Under the pieces are notes generated by a model, which did not search any database, was not told where the DNA came from, and saw only the letters and a list, made by a program, of their open reading frames with translations. DNA of 43,209 nucleotides from Octopus bimaculoides (taxonomy: Eukaryota), in contig NC_068990.1 in assembly GCF_001194135.2 (NCBI RefSeq), forward strand, positions 53,019,320 through 53,062,528, read 5' to 3'. Below are positions 1-10,498 of the stretch, one piece after another. Each line of letters starts with the position of its first letter. Positions within the stretch are counted from its first letter, which is position 1. A program made the position numbers and the translations under genes.

Positions 1-400
1 AAGGAGCGATAAGAATTTTTGAATAAAGGAAAATGGGTAGGGGTGGGTAGGTACCGTCAGCGAGTAGATAGGGCTCTTAATTGTAGATTTTAAATATTTG
101 AGAGACAACAATGCATAAATCGTAATTTTTAAAAGAGCAATGAATTCTAGGTGAATAGAATATAACGTAGCATGAATTTAGGAAGCTTAGAAAATGAATA
201 AGTATGAATTTAAGACAACAACTGAATTCAATTGAATTTCATGGAGAGAAACAAGATAAATAATAGAGGGCAGACTAAAGCGCGAAGGTATGAGATGTTT
301 GAGGCCGTAAATAAATAAAAATCTCTATCTTATCTGCATCTTGGAGACTTCGTCGTAGTATGTCAGCGGAGAAGGGATTGATAATATTTGTAGAATTAGT
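1..400 (+). promoter_or_regulatory. Possible promoter/first-exon region (CpG-retaining, donor-like GCGAAG|GTATGA at 287/288)
   Basis: About ten CpGs in 400 bp versus visible CpG depletion in the following unique DNA, plus one strong GT donor consensus. No transcript evidence. Confidence 0.2.
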
Positions 401-2749
401 TATATTAAAGCAGAACAAGAAAGAATAAGGCAAAAAAAGTGCAGAAGAAGAAAAAAAAAAAATGAATGATATTACTCATTTAAAATTTTGGATAACACCA
501 AAAATATTAGTACCATTAATTCAGAAAACATCATAGCTTTTAAATCCAACAAGCTTATTATATTTCTTTTCATATTAACTCTTTTCTACCATGAAGAGTC
601 CTTAGTTATTTTCATGAATTCTCTATTTGCTACATAAAATCAGTTTTATTGGAATGGTTGTTTCTTTGTTGTCGTATCTCTGGTGAATTTTAATCGAATG
701 TTTCAAAACTTGGTTTATAAAGCACTATTCTAAATTTCATTTTATGTTCATCTGTCAGAATTTTTCTGTGGGAATTACTAAAATTTCTTCTTCCTTTTTT
801 CTTTAAAAAAATCTTGTAGCATGTATCTTCTTGTAAACATCATGTCAAAAATATTGCTAACCAATATTTATTTAAAATTTAGCTGTTTGATGGCATTATC
901 TATTGAAGCAAATCATTAAGTTTGATATCTATAGGTTTATACTTAAGAATATATTCTGGGATTCTTGCACAGGTTCCTGCTTCCTGTGTTTTTCTTCTTT
1001 ATTAATCACAATTTAAATGTATTTTCCTTGTATAATTTTCTAGATGAATTCTGAAGTTAGATGTATATATATTTATAGTGTGTGTGTGTATATGTGCGCA
1101 TGCGCACACATACATCTCTATCTCTCTCTCTCTCTCCCTCCAGCCTGCTCTTGATGTTCACTTTTGGTTATGTAGGTGTTGATTAAAAAACTGTTTTACT
1201 ACAAAGATAAAGTCCTCCCCAAGAGATGCTTAACCAACTTCTGTATGCTATGTATATATAAAAAAAAAAAACTATCATGAAAGATATAAACATGCACAAA
1301 CATGTATACATGTGTGAAGGTGTGTATAAAGGGAGGTGTATGTGATTCCCATTTCTCTTTTTTTTGTTTATATTTTGAGATTTTATGTTTTTAAAGAATT
1401 ATATTTTGTGTTTACTTGATAAAATTTATTATGAATTAATAATATTTTTATTCTCTCATTTTCTTTCATAAATTCTGTTTTTGGTTAAATTTCTCTATAG
1501 CTGTTTTTATTCTCCCTTTTGTTGGGAGTAAATTAAAGAATATTTTGTCTGTTTTAGCGATTGTGCATGACATTTTAAAAACTATTTCTCTGTTGCTACA
1601 TTTTGAGTAAAAACCTATCCCCCCCCCTCTCTCTCTCTCACACACACGTACACACATGTAATGTTTAGATGTAATTACTGTTGAAGTGAAGATATTCTCA
1701 CATCAGCGATACCAAGTGAAGAATGACGAGGAATACAGAATAATATTTACAGATTATTTACCAGCAGTAAGGCAGATAGCAGTTATTGTACATAGTTGAC
1801 AATGACATTGTGTTGGTATGTTTGTCACTTCCAGCTTGTTGTATGTTCTAGTGGTAGAGAGAGAAAGAGTAATGATTGCACTCTGCTGACAGAGAGGAAG
1901 AAAGGATAAAAATGGCATTGTCCTATTTTGATTCTACAAACACAAAAGATTCCACCTTTGTTTGACAAGCAACAAGCAAGCAGATTCAATTTCAAATCTC
2001 AGGCAGGGCCAAGCAAGGTCTCTACATATTTATTGAAAGTAAGTTATAAAAATATATAAAACAATCATGAAGTTTTATGACACTAATTGTATTGTTGTTG
2101 TTGTTGATAGTTTGTGTAGAATTAATCCATTTCTTTATCTATCCAATGCATGACCCATAGGCATAATGGATTATATGGGTTTGTTGTATAGGAATTAGGA
2201 TTAACATAAACTAATCTGATATTAACTTCATATCACTGAGATTGTCAGAAACCCCTGTTATCAGAAAGTTCACATTTAGATTGAAGCCTCAATCACAAAC
2301 TTGGCATTACGTAAATGATAAATTTCTGCTGGTAAATATTTTTTAAAGATTTTATTCCAAAGAAATTAGAAAAGGAAAAAGAATACTTGAGTGAACCCTT
2401 CCAAATTCTTGGAAAATTAATTGGAACATGTAAAAATATGATCATGAAAGAGTTGAATTAGGAAACCAAAGTGTGGAATTGATAAGTATGTGAAACAAAA
2501 ATCTTGAGATTTACCAGCTCAGAATGAATCTGTGAAACTGCTTCTTATATTCTGAAATGCAATGCTTTAAGCAGAAAACCCTAGTGACATACCCAGTACG
2601 TGATGATAATGGCATTTACTTATTGCGGAATCTGAGATGGTTAAAAGTAAGTTATACCAGCAGGAAAGGGAGAAACATATGTGAAAGATAGTTTATCAAA
2701 AGTAAAAGCATCATCTAGAAATAGAATTATATTTTTATCATAGCTGACT

Positions 2750-3090
2750 ATTGAAGGTTTGGTGACAGTTAACTAGAAGTGTTAGGAGGTTGATGACAGC
2801 AGGCTGTAAGTGAGGTAGGAGTGTCTACTTCTGGGTGATGACAGATGCTAGGTTATAGTGACATTTGGCTGGAAGTCTAATGGTGTGGAGGTGTAATCAG
2901 GCCTAAAGTTTAAGATGGGATAATAGAGGTCAACTTGTTACTTTGGCAGTTGAAAAAGTGTTTCAGGATATTATGACAATATAGTTATTATTACTCAATA
3001 AGGTCAAGGAAGTTGTACCATCTAAGTTTGGAGAATATCATCAATAAAGAGTCAATACTTATATTTATATTGTTCAATGTTGTGATCAAC
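2750..3090 (-). mobile_element. Very old CR1/L2-like LINE 3' ORF remnant
   Basis: Minus-strand translation gives broken pieces (NCQSNKLTSIIP, HTIRLPAK, PEVDT, SLTACCHQPPN) that loosely follow the CR1/L2 ORF2 C-terminus. Many stops. Confidence 0.25.
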
Positions 3091-3556
3091 ACAATTTAAA
3101 ATCTCAATCAGTTAAGATCTGTAGTTTCTACACTATACTTCAAACTGAACATCAAGTATTTCAAATAACCAGGAGAGTAGATTTGCTGTAAAGATTTTAT
3201 GTTATGATTAATGACATGCACTATATACTTGGTCTTTATTTCAGCTTTATTATTATTATTATTTTAGTGTCCTTTGTCTGAAATCTTTCATCACACATCC
3301 TGTGACCGCATGCAGAATGGAGAGTTGCTGAAAAGGTCACAAGATGTGTGATGAAAGATTTTAGACAAGGACACTAAAATAAGAATAATAATAAAGCTGA
3401 AATAAAGACCAAGTATATAGTGCATGTAGTTAATTGGCAAAAATATGACAGTATTTGTTTCAACACACAATTTCACATCAGGAATGTTGCAAAACAAATG
3501 CATAAACATAAAAAGATTTTATGATATCAGCTAAGAACTGTAATCAAATGTTATAT

Positions 3557-3682
3557 TATACATTTTTATTACATTTCTGAAGGACTATTTTCTATCTGTT
3601 CTGGAAATATTATACACTTTTAGCATTATATTTCCAGAAGGGTTAGAAGATAGTCCTTCAAGAAATGTAATAAAAGTGTATA
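3557..3682 (+). ncRNA. Long stem-loop, candidate pre-miRNA/structured RNA or palindromic transposon relic
   Basis: 3578-3610 pairs with 3628-3660 (33 bp, 2 G-U, 2 mismatches, 17-nt loop). The stem extends through 3557-3577/3662-3682 with a 1-nt bulge and one more G-U. Confidence 0.3.
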
Positions 3683-3803
3683 TTATTTCTGTCAAAGTAA
3701 AAACCAAATTATCTATATACTACTAAAACTCCCTGATTGCTTGCTTACTTGCTTGTCATTTAATACAGCCAAACTGATACATAATGGGAAAATACTATGA
3801 ATT

Positions 3804-3880
3804 AAGGTACCCAGAAATGTGAATGCAAATGGAATAAAACAAGTCTCCTGAGATATGGAGTGGTTTTGGAGTATTCATAA
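3804..3880 (+). repeat. Dispersed repeat segment related to 7100-7195
   Basis: AAGGTACC...AAATGTGAAT(G/A)CAAA..GAATAA(A/C)ACAAG...TCCTGAGA is shared with 7100-7175. Confidence 0.5.
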
Positions 3881-4125
3881 ATACCCAAAATGGTGCATAA
3901 TGGTTAAATACTCCGAAAATAACATAACCCTGAAAAGGAAGAAACTGTAACCTTTTGATTAGAGGCATGATCAATGTCTTCTGTATTTTGAAAACAAACT
4001 TCACAACCTGGGCATAAGTCTTAGTGACTTTAAATTGCCAACAAAAAAATGAGTTGTTTTTACAGTAAATGTTTCTATTTTCACTTTTGTTAAACACAGT
4101 ATTTTACTCATTTAGAAATAATTTT

Positions 4126-5479
4126 AAGAAAGTCATGGAGAGGATCATAGCTCAACTAATTAGGGAGAGAGTCAGTCTAGATGAGATCCAGTTTGGGTTT
4201 CTGCCAGGAAAAAGCACCATTGATGCTATATTTCTGGTAAGACAGCTGCAGGAGAAATACCTAGCCAAGGATAAACCTCTGTACCTGGCTTTCGTTGACA
4301 TGGAGAAAGCCTTTGACAGGGTCCTCCGTTCCCTTATCTCGTGGTCAATGAGGAAACTAGGGATAAATGAATGGTTAGTGAGAGCTGTACGAGCCATGTA
4401 CAGGGACGCTGTCAGTAAGGTGAGGGTTGGCAACGAGTACCTCCGGGTAGAGGTAGGGGTCCACCAAGGTTCTGTCTTCAGCCCCCTCCTATTTATCATA
4501 GTCCTCCAGGCTATAACAGAGGAATTCAAGACAGGTTGCCCCTGGGAGCTCCTCTATGCTGATGACCTTGCATTAATTGCAGAGTCACTATCAGAACTAG
4601 AGGAGAAGTTCCAGGTGTGGAAGCAAAGACTAGAATCGAAGGGCCTTAGAGTCAACTTAGCTAAAACCAAAGTCCTAATAAGTAGGAAGGTAGACAAAAC
4701 ACAAATCCCTTCAGGTAGATGGCCCTGCTCGATCTGTAGAAAAGGCGTAGGTAGAGACTCTATAAGATGTATCCAGTGCAAGCTATGGACACATAAGAGG
4801 TGCAGCAATATCAAAGGAAGGTTAACTAGGAAGATAATGTACAGAAAACAACTTCTGCCACATTCCAGGGAGAAAAACNNNNNNNNNNNNNNNNNNNNNN
4901 NNNNNNNNNNNNNNNNNNNNNNNNNNNNNNNNNNNNNNNNNNNNNNNNNGCGCTGAAAGTGTAGCTGCTAGAATGAGAATAGCCTGGGCAAAGTTCAGAG
5001 AGCTCTTACCTCTGCTGGTGACAAAGTGCCTCTCACTCAGAGTAAAAGGCAGACTGTATGACGCATGTGTACGAACAGCCAGGCTACATGGCAGTGAAAC
5101 ATGGGCCGTGACTGCTGAGGACATGCATTAGCTTGCAAGGAATGAAGCCAGTATGCTCCGATGGATGTGTAATGTCAGTGTCCATACTCGACAGAGTGTA
5201 TGTACCTTGAGATAAAAGTTGGACCTAAGAAGCATCAGTTGTGGTGTGCAAGAGAGGCAATTGCGCTGGTATGGTGTGGCGAGAATGGATGAGGATAGCT
5301 GTGTGAGAAAGTGCCACACCGTAGCGGTTGAGGGAACCTGTGGAAAAGGTAGACCCAGGAAGACCTGGGATGAGGTGGTGAAGCACGACTTTCGAACATT
5401 AGGCTTCACCAAGGCAATGACTTGTGACCGAAACCCTTGGAAATATGCAGTGCATGAGAAGACCCAACAAGCCAAGTGA
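4126..5479 (+). pseudogene. Disrupted RTE reverse transcriptase ORF
   Basis: Track ORFs 4069-4956 and 5219-5479 are in different frames, with an N gap, an internal deletion near 4835 and stops. Confidence 0.9.
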
Positions 5480-5659
5480 GACCATAATCCGAGGCCTCTG
5501 CCAGGGGTGTAGCCAGCCCACTTATGTGTACCTTTCCCTCATCGGACACTAAACTCTGTTTGCGAAGACCTGTTGGGGCAAGTGAAATCGAAATCGGGAT
5601 TGAACCAAATTCGATGACTGGCACCTGTGCCAGTGGAGCGCTAAGAGCACCGTCCGAGC

Positions 5660-5895
5660 ATGATCATTGCCAGAGCAGCTGTCTGGCTTCCGTGCCAGTG
5701 GCACGTAAATAGCACCATTTGAGCGTGATTGTTACCAGCGTCACCTTACTGGCATGTGAAAAAACATTCAAGCGAGGTCGTTGCCAGTGCCGCTGGACTG
5801 GCTCCTGTGCAGGTGGCATGTAAAAAACACCATTTTGAGCATGGCCGTTGCCAGTACCGCGTGACTGGCCCTCGTGCTGCTGGCACGTAAAAGCA
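5660..5895 (+). repeat. Tandem ~50-67-bp units in the RTE 3'UTR
   Basis: Anchor TGGCA(C/T)GT(A/G)AA at 5699, 5750, 5814 and 5881. Confidence 0.75.
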
Positions 5896-6154
5896 CCCAC
5901 TACTCTCTCGGAGTGGTTGGCATTAGGAAGGGCATCCAGCTGTAGAAACTCTGCTAGATCAGATTAGAGCCTGGTGCAGCCTTTTGGTTCGCAAGTCCTC
6001 AGTCAAATCGTCCAACCCATGCTAGCATGGAAGGCGGATGTTAAATGATGATGAATGTGATTTCAAAAATACAAGTTGTTTGTACAGTAGGCATTTATAT
6101 CTTAGTTTTCTTTAAATAGACAATATTGTAATTTTTAAAAAAAATTATTTTCAA

Positions 6155-6826
6155 GGGTAAATATTTTGTGAAGGACCTGTTTGTAATTGGGTGTGAATTT
6201 TTTTTTCCACAGGTTTTCTCGAGTGCATTAAATGTATCTGACCTCCAAACCTGCCACAAGCCACTTTTTTTCCCAGAAAAGAAAAGGGTGGAGGAATGGT
6301 GGGGACCTCAGAGTTTTCCAGGAAACTCTGAGTTTCCCACCAACAGTTTTGTTTCACGATTTATTTTTCTTTTCCAGGTTATTTCATATGCTTTCAAAGA
6401 ATGTAACATTGAAATCATGCATAAACTGCACCTTTCCTCAGAAAAGGAAAGATTTGGCTGCTATTTCTAGCATGCCCTGCTGCCATGTAACTGTTATTTG
6501 CATTAAATAGCTGTTATGTGGTAGCAAGGCATACTAGAAATAACAGCCAAATCTTTCCTTTTCTGAGGAAAGGAGCAGTTTATGCATAATTTTGATGTCA
6601 CATTCGTTGAAAGCATGTGAAATAACCTGGGGGAAAAAAAACTCACAAAACAAAACTCTGTTGGTTGGAAACTCCAAGATCCCCACCATACTTCCACCCC
6701 TTTTTTGGAAAAAGAGTTGCTTGTGGCAGGTTTGGAGGTCGGTTACATTGAATGCACTCAAAAAAACCTGTGGAAAAAACTTGTTTCACACTGAGGTATG
6801 AACAGGTATTTATGAAATATTTACCC
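6155..6826. mobile_element. Foldback/MITE-like 672-bp imperfect palindrome
   Basis: 6155-~6490 is the reverse complement of ~6500-6826. Termini are GGGTAAATATTT...AAATATTTACCC. Mirrored ORFs appear in the track (6168+/6534-, 6232+/6503-). Confidence 0.8.
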
Positions 6827-6829
6827 AAG

Positions 6830-7242
6830 ATGGGGACAGGCATGCGAATGGAAGGATCAATGAGATGGATAAAGCAAGGGCTGAGCATCTGACGGAACAG
6901 AGGGAAAGAGACAGAAGCAGGAGATATCAGAAATCAGACACTCCGAGAGCTGAGCATTGAGCAAAACAGAGGCGAAGAGACAAAAGCAGGAGACATCATG
7001 AATCGGATGCTCATGTGAATACAAATGGAATAAAACAAGTTTCATGTAAATCAGACCACAGGTTACCGAGATACATGATGAGGAAAATGTTTTGAAAGTA
7101 AGGTACCATTCAAATGTGAATACAAACAGAATAACACAAGTTTTGCGTAAATCAGACCACAGAGTCCTGAGAACGCAGTTTTTTTGGATACCTTGAACTA
7201 TTGGTGACACAATGGGTCACCAATGGGTCATGGGTAATCTAG
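6830..7242 (+). mobile_element. Non-autonomous Helitron-like remnant
   Basis: In-frame 69-nt repeats (6881, 6950) encoding R/E/Q-rich RepHel N-terminal-like peptides; hairpin TTGGTGAC-7nt-GTCACCAA (7201-7223); CTAG|T terminus at 7239-7243. Confidence 0.45.
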
Positions 7243-7644
7243 TAGTTTACTAAATCTGTTGGAAAACTGAGATAAAAATAAGCAATATCATCAGTTTTGA
7301 AGCAGCAGATATCAGTTCCAACTTAACAAAAAGTTGTCATCTCATCAGCAATTAATTTTTCTTTCTAGTTTCTAACTAATTTTTTAAATTTTTGTTTTAA
7401 TCTATGTAACTTGCTGGTAGAAATTCAGATTTCTCTCATTATTTTGTGATTGTTAAATAATTACATGCTACCAATTATGAAACACTGCAACTATTTTAAC
7501 ATGTGCAGTCAACCATGCTGTAGACCTCTACTGCTGAAAGAATTTTACCATCTTCTGACAAATCTCTTTGTTCCTCCTTAATTTTTAAAAATAATTTTCT
7601 GAAAATGATAAACTTGAAAGGTATTGAGAAAAATTGTGGCGAAA

Positions 7645-7646
7645 CA

Positions 7647-7688
<42 letters not shown>
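7645..7688. repeat. (CACG)11 microsatellite
   Basis: Direct reading. Confidence 0.95.
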
Positions 7689-7689
<1 letters not shown>

Positions 7690-7894
7690 TATACTAATTC
7701 CTTCCTTTCCTCAGTCCCTTCTATATTCTTGTTCCCTCAACACTGTTACTTTCCCTACCACCTTTCTCCTTCACAACTATAAATCTCTTCCTCTCATCAT
7801 ACTCCACACTCTCTCATCACCATACCTAATATCTCTTTATCTCTGTCTCTGTCTGTCTTTCTCTGATTCTGCTTTAATTAAATGAGCCCCTTTA

Positions 7895-8560
7895 GTTTTG
7901 CATTGGGATTGTTACGTTGATTAGAAGGTATTTTTTTCTTGGTCATCCCTGACAACAATATCTGACCTTGGTTCCCCTATCTGTGTGTATTGGCATATCC
8001 CAGAGTATGATTTGATTTGTCATTTTCTGAAATCTTTTTTATGTTATATCATTACTTTTCAGTTGACATTCCATAGTGCTGGCACAACTGCCAGTGTATA
8101 TAAGTCCCAATTCTGTGTCATGTCTATGGATATATTCTTTCTTGGTTAAGACCGCGCAGCCAGAGACAATATGACTTATTGTTTCCTCTCCATTCCCACA
8201 TATTCTACAGTTACTTTTGCATTCTGCTTCATTATATGATTTGGTGGGGAGGCTCTGATCTTTGGGTTAATTTGTTATTCTCTGATACCTTTTCTATGTT
8301 TATATGAACTTGTGTCTTGATATTCCATAATGATGACGTAACTGTCAGTGTATGAAAGTTTCAACTTAGTCATATCTGTAGATCCGTTCCCTCTTGGTTA
8401 GGACTGGACACCCTGAGAGAGACAAAGTAGTACATGATTTCTTCCCAATCTCCACATATTTTGTAATGAATATATTTTGCTTCATGAAATACCTTTTATA
8501 GTTTCTGATGTGAAGGCTTTCATCCTTTGTTTCAGTAAAAATCCTTTAGTCCTGCCTTTG
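7895..8560 (-). mobile_element. R4/Dong-like (RLE-type) non-LTR retrotransposon C-terminal fragments
   Basis: Minus-strand translation CRICGNGEETISHIVSGCAVLTKKEYIHRHD (8117-8209; CCHC knuckle), then ILWDMPIHTDR and PD..IxV endonuclease remnants. A second, more decayed knuckle (SGCPVLTKRERIYRYD) lies at 8369-8416. Confidence 0.8.
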
Positions 8561-10092
8561 CTCAGCAATTCCTATGATTTTTCTTAATTTATTTCAAGCC
8601 TTTTGATATTATTTGTTGTTGAAAGCCTTGAAAGGAGGAAGTTAATAACCATTTCAAAATGATGGTCTTGCAGATGAAATCCTGCAGATTGAGGTGCATA
8701 GAAGTAAGCACTTCATTGTGTGTAGACTCATCCAAACAATGGAAGTTGAGAAAAAGCAGATGTTTAACTGATTATTAGAATGATTATAAAAGTATGTGTT
8801 ATTTTTAAATCTATGTATATTGTGTTAGCTATTGCAACTGTATTGTGTCTCGAGGCAAGATGTGTCTGTTTTTTGCTTCAGCTTTGCTTGCTAAAAATAG
8901 TTGCCACTCCCACTTTACGGTTGCATGATTAACAGCAAGAGCACAAAGAGATGGTGGTGGGAAAGCACATCAAAACAAACCTCTCAATTCTCCTCATGCA
9001 ACAAAATGTTTAAACCTCTCAGATATGGAGAGAGGAAAATACAAAGTGTGGAGAAAATGCTCATCATCATTTTTATCATTGTCATTGTCATTTCAATAGC
9101 TGCATTTCAACAGCTTCATTCGGGCTGCCATTGAGCACATTAACAATTTGCATGGGCACATACATTCAAATGCACCCAATGTCTGTAATTATGAGTCTTT
9201 CTGTATAGTTTTTGTGTGTACTGAAGTGGTGCTCCATCATGGCCTTATTCATGATGAGTAAAACAAACTAAATAACATTGTCTGTAATTTGTCTTCTTTA
9301 TAGTTACTGACACTGCTGATTCTTCTTTAAGATGTCTTAACAACACCTTACCATCACTAAAGAAATCTAAAATGGACTCTTGGTGTAAAATATGGAGTCT
9401 TTGAGATTCTGTAAAAATTCCTTTGCTTCTAGCTTATCTTCAGCTTCTCACTTCACACACACTATATATTTGGCTTTCATTCCAAGTGGGCTTCAGCTTA
9501 TTTTAAAAAATTTTTTTTTTTTGTAATCATATTCTTCTTTGGGTGTATAATTAACAAACTGTCAACTGCAAACCTGTTGTCCTGTCAGATTCTATCAAAA
9601 TTTTACATTTGAAAGATTTTCAAGGATTCTTCTGCTGCTGCAGTGATGATTTACAGGAATTTATGGCTAAAACTTAAACTACTTCTGAAGTCATAATACA
9701 GTAAAATGAGAAGACTATTGTGATACAGTAATGATTTCTTTTGCTTGTTACACATCTGGTTTTGCCAGTAATTGATCAAGGACAATTGCTGATGGAAGTG
9801 ATCCCTGTAGGATTTAGACTATCACAACACTGAGGCATTGAATTAGTTGTCTTGGTTTGCTCTCCATATCTCCTGAAACATGATATAGTAACATTCAGTA
9901 CAGCATTTTGATTTAGCTAAATGTTGTTCATGCATGCTGTCTACCTTTCAATGTTAGTTGTAAGTTTGTTCCACAAGTGTACAATTATTCAGCTAAAGGA
10001 ATGGGCTCACAATCTCAGTAACATTCTGTCAATGTTAAACATTACCTTGTGGTGTAGTTAGTATACTTAAGTACATGTGATATGTTGAAATT

Positions 10093-10225
10093 GAGCATGG
10101 CTATGTGGTTAAGAAGTTTGATTTGCAACTATGTTGTTTTGAGTTCAATCCTGTTACATGGAATGTTGAATGTCTTCTGCTGTATTCTTTCATAGACAAA
10201 ACTATGTGAAAACCTATAAGGGAAG
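10093..10225 (+). mobile_element. Decayed tRNA-derived SINE head
   Basis: TGGCTATGTGGTTAAG (A box-like) and GAGTTCAATCC (B box-like), similar to the SINE at 42773. Confidence 0.5.
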
Positions 10226-10368
10226 CAATCTGGTTCTTGGTTTATATTTTTAATTCATAACCAAGTTTAACACCACCGCCTGGTCCTTGAGTACCTTTTA
10301 GCAGAGTCCACTCTTTTGTTACTCACTTTAACACGACTTGGGTAACTTTAGCAAGCACAGACATGTAA

Positions 10369-10498
10369 AGGCATGTGGCCTAGTTGTTAAGGTGTTGGGC
10401 TGACAATCATGTGGTCATGGATTCTGCTCATGGCCCAGGCAGTGTGTCATGTTCTTGAGTAAGGCACTTCATTTGCTGTTGCCTCAGTTTACTCAGCC
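10369..10498 (+). mobile_element. Decayed tRNA-derived SINE head with central-domain start
   Basis: TGGCCTAGTTGTTAAGG A box, then GTTCTTGAGTAAGGCACTTCATTT...CCTCAGTTTACTCAGC. Confidence 0.5.

Larger units (their letters stand above)
4126..6054 (+). mobile_element. RTE-clade LINE, 5'-truncated copy 1 (RT, PHD-like finger, C-terminus, 3'UTR, (GAT)n tail)
   Basis: RT motifs QFGFLPGKSTIDAIF, FVDMEKAFD, GVHQGSVFSPLLF, LLYADDL; RTE-type C-terminus GRPRKTWDEVVKHD; tail GTTAAATGATGATGA at 6040-6054. Confidence 0.93.

Noticed and set aside
5660-5900. Regularly spaced repeats superficially like a CRISPR array
   Set aside because: Eukaryotic LINE 3'UTR; whole units are homologous, with no unique spacers and no cas genes.
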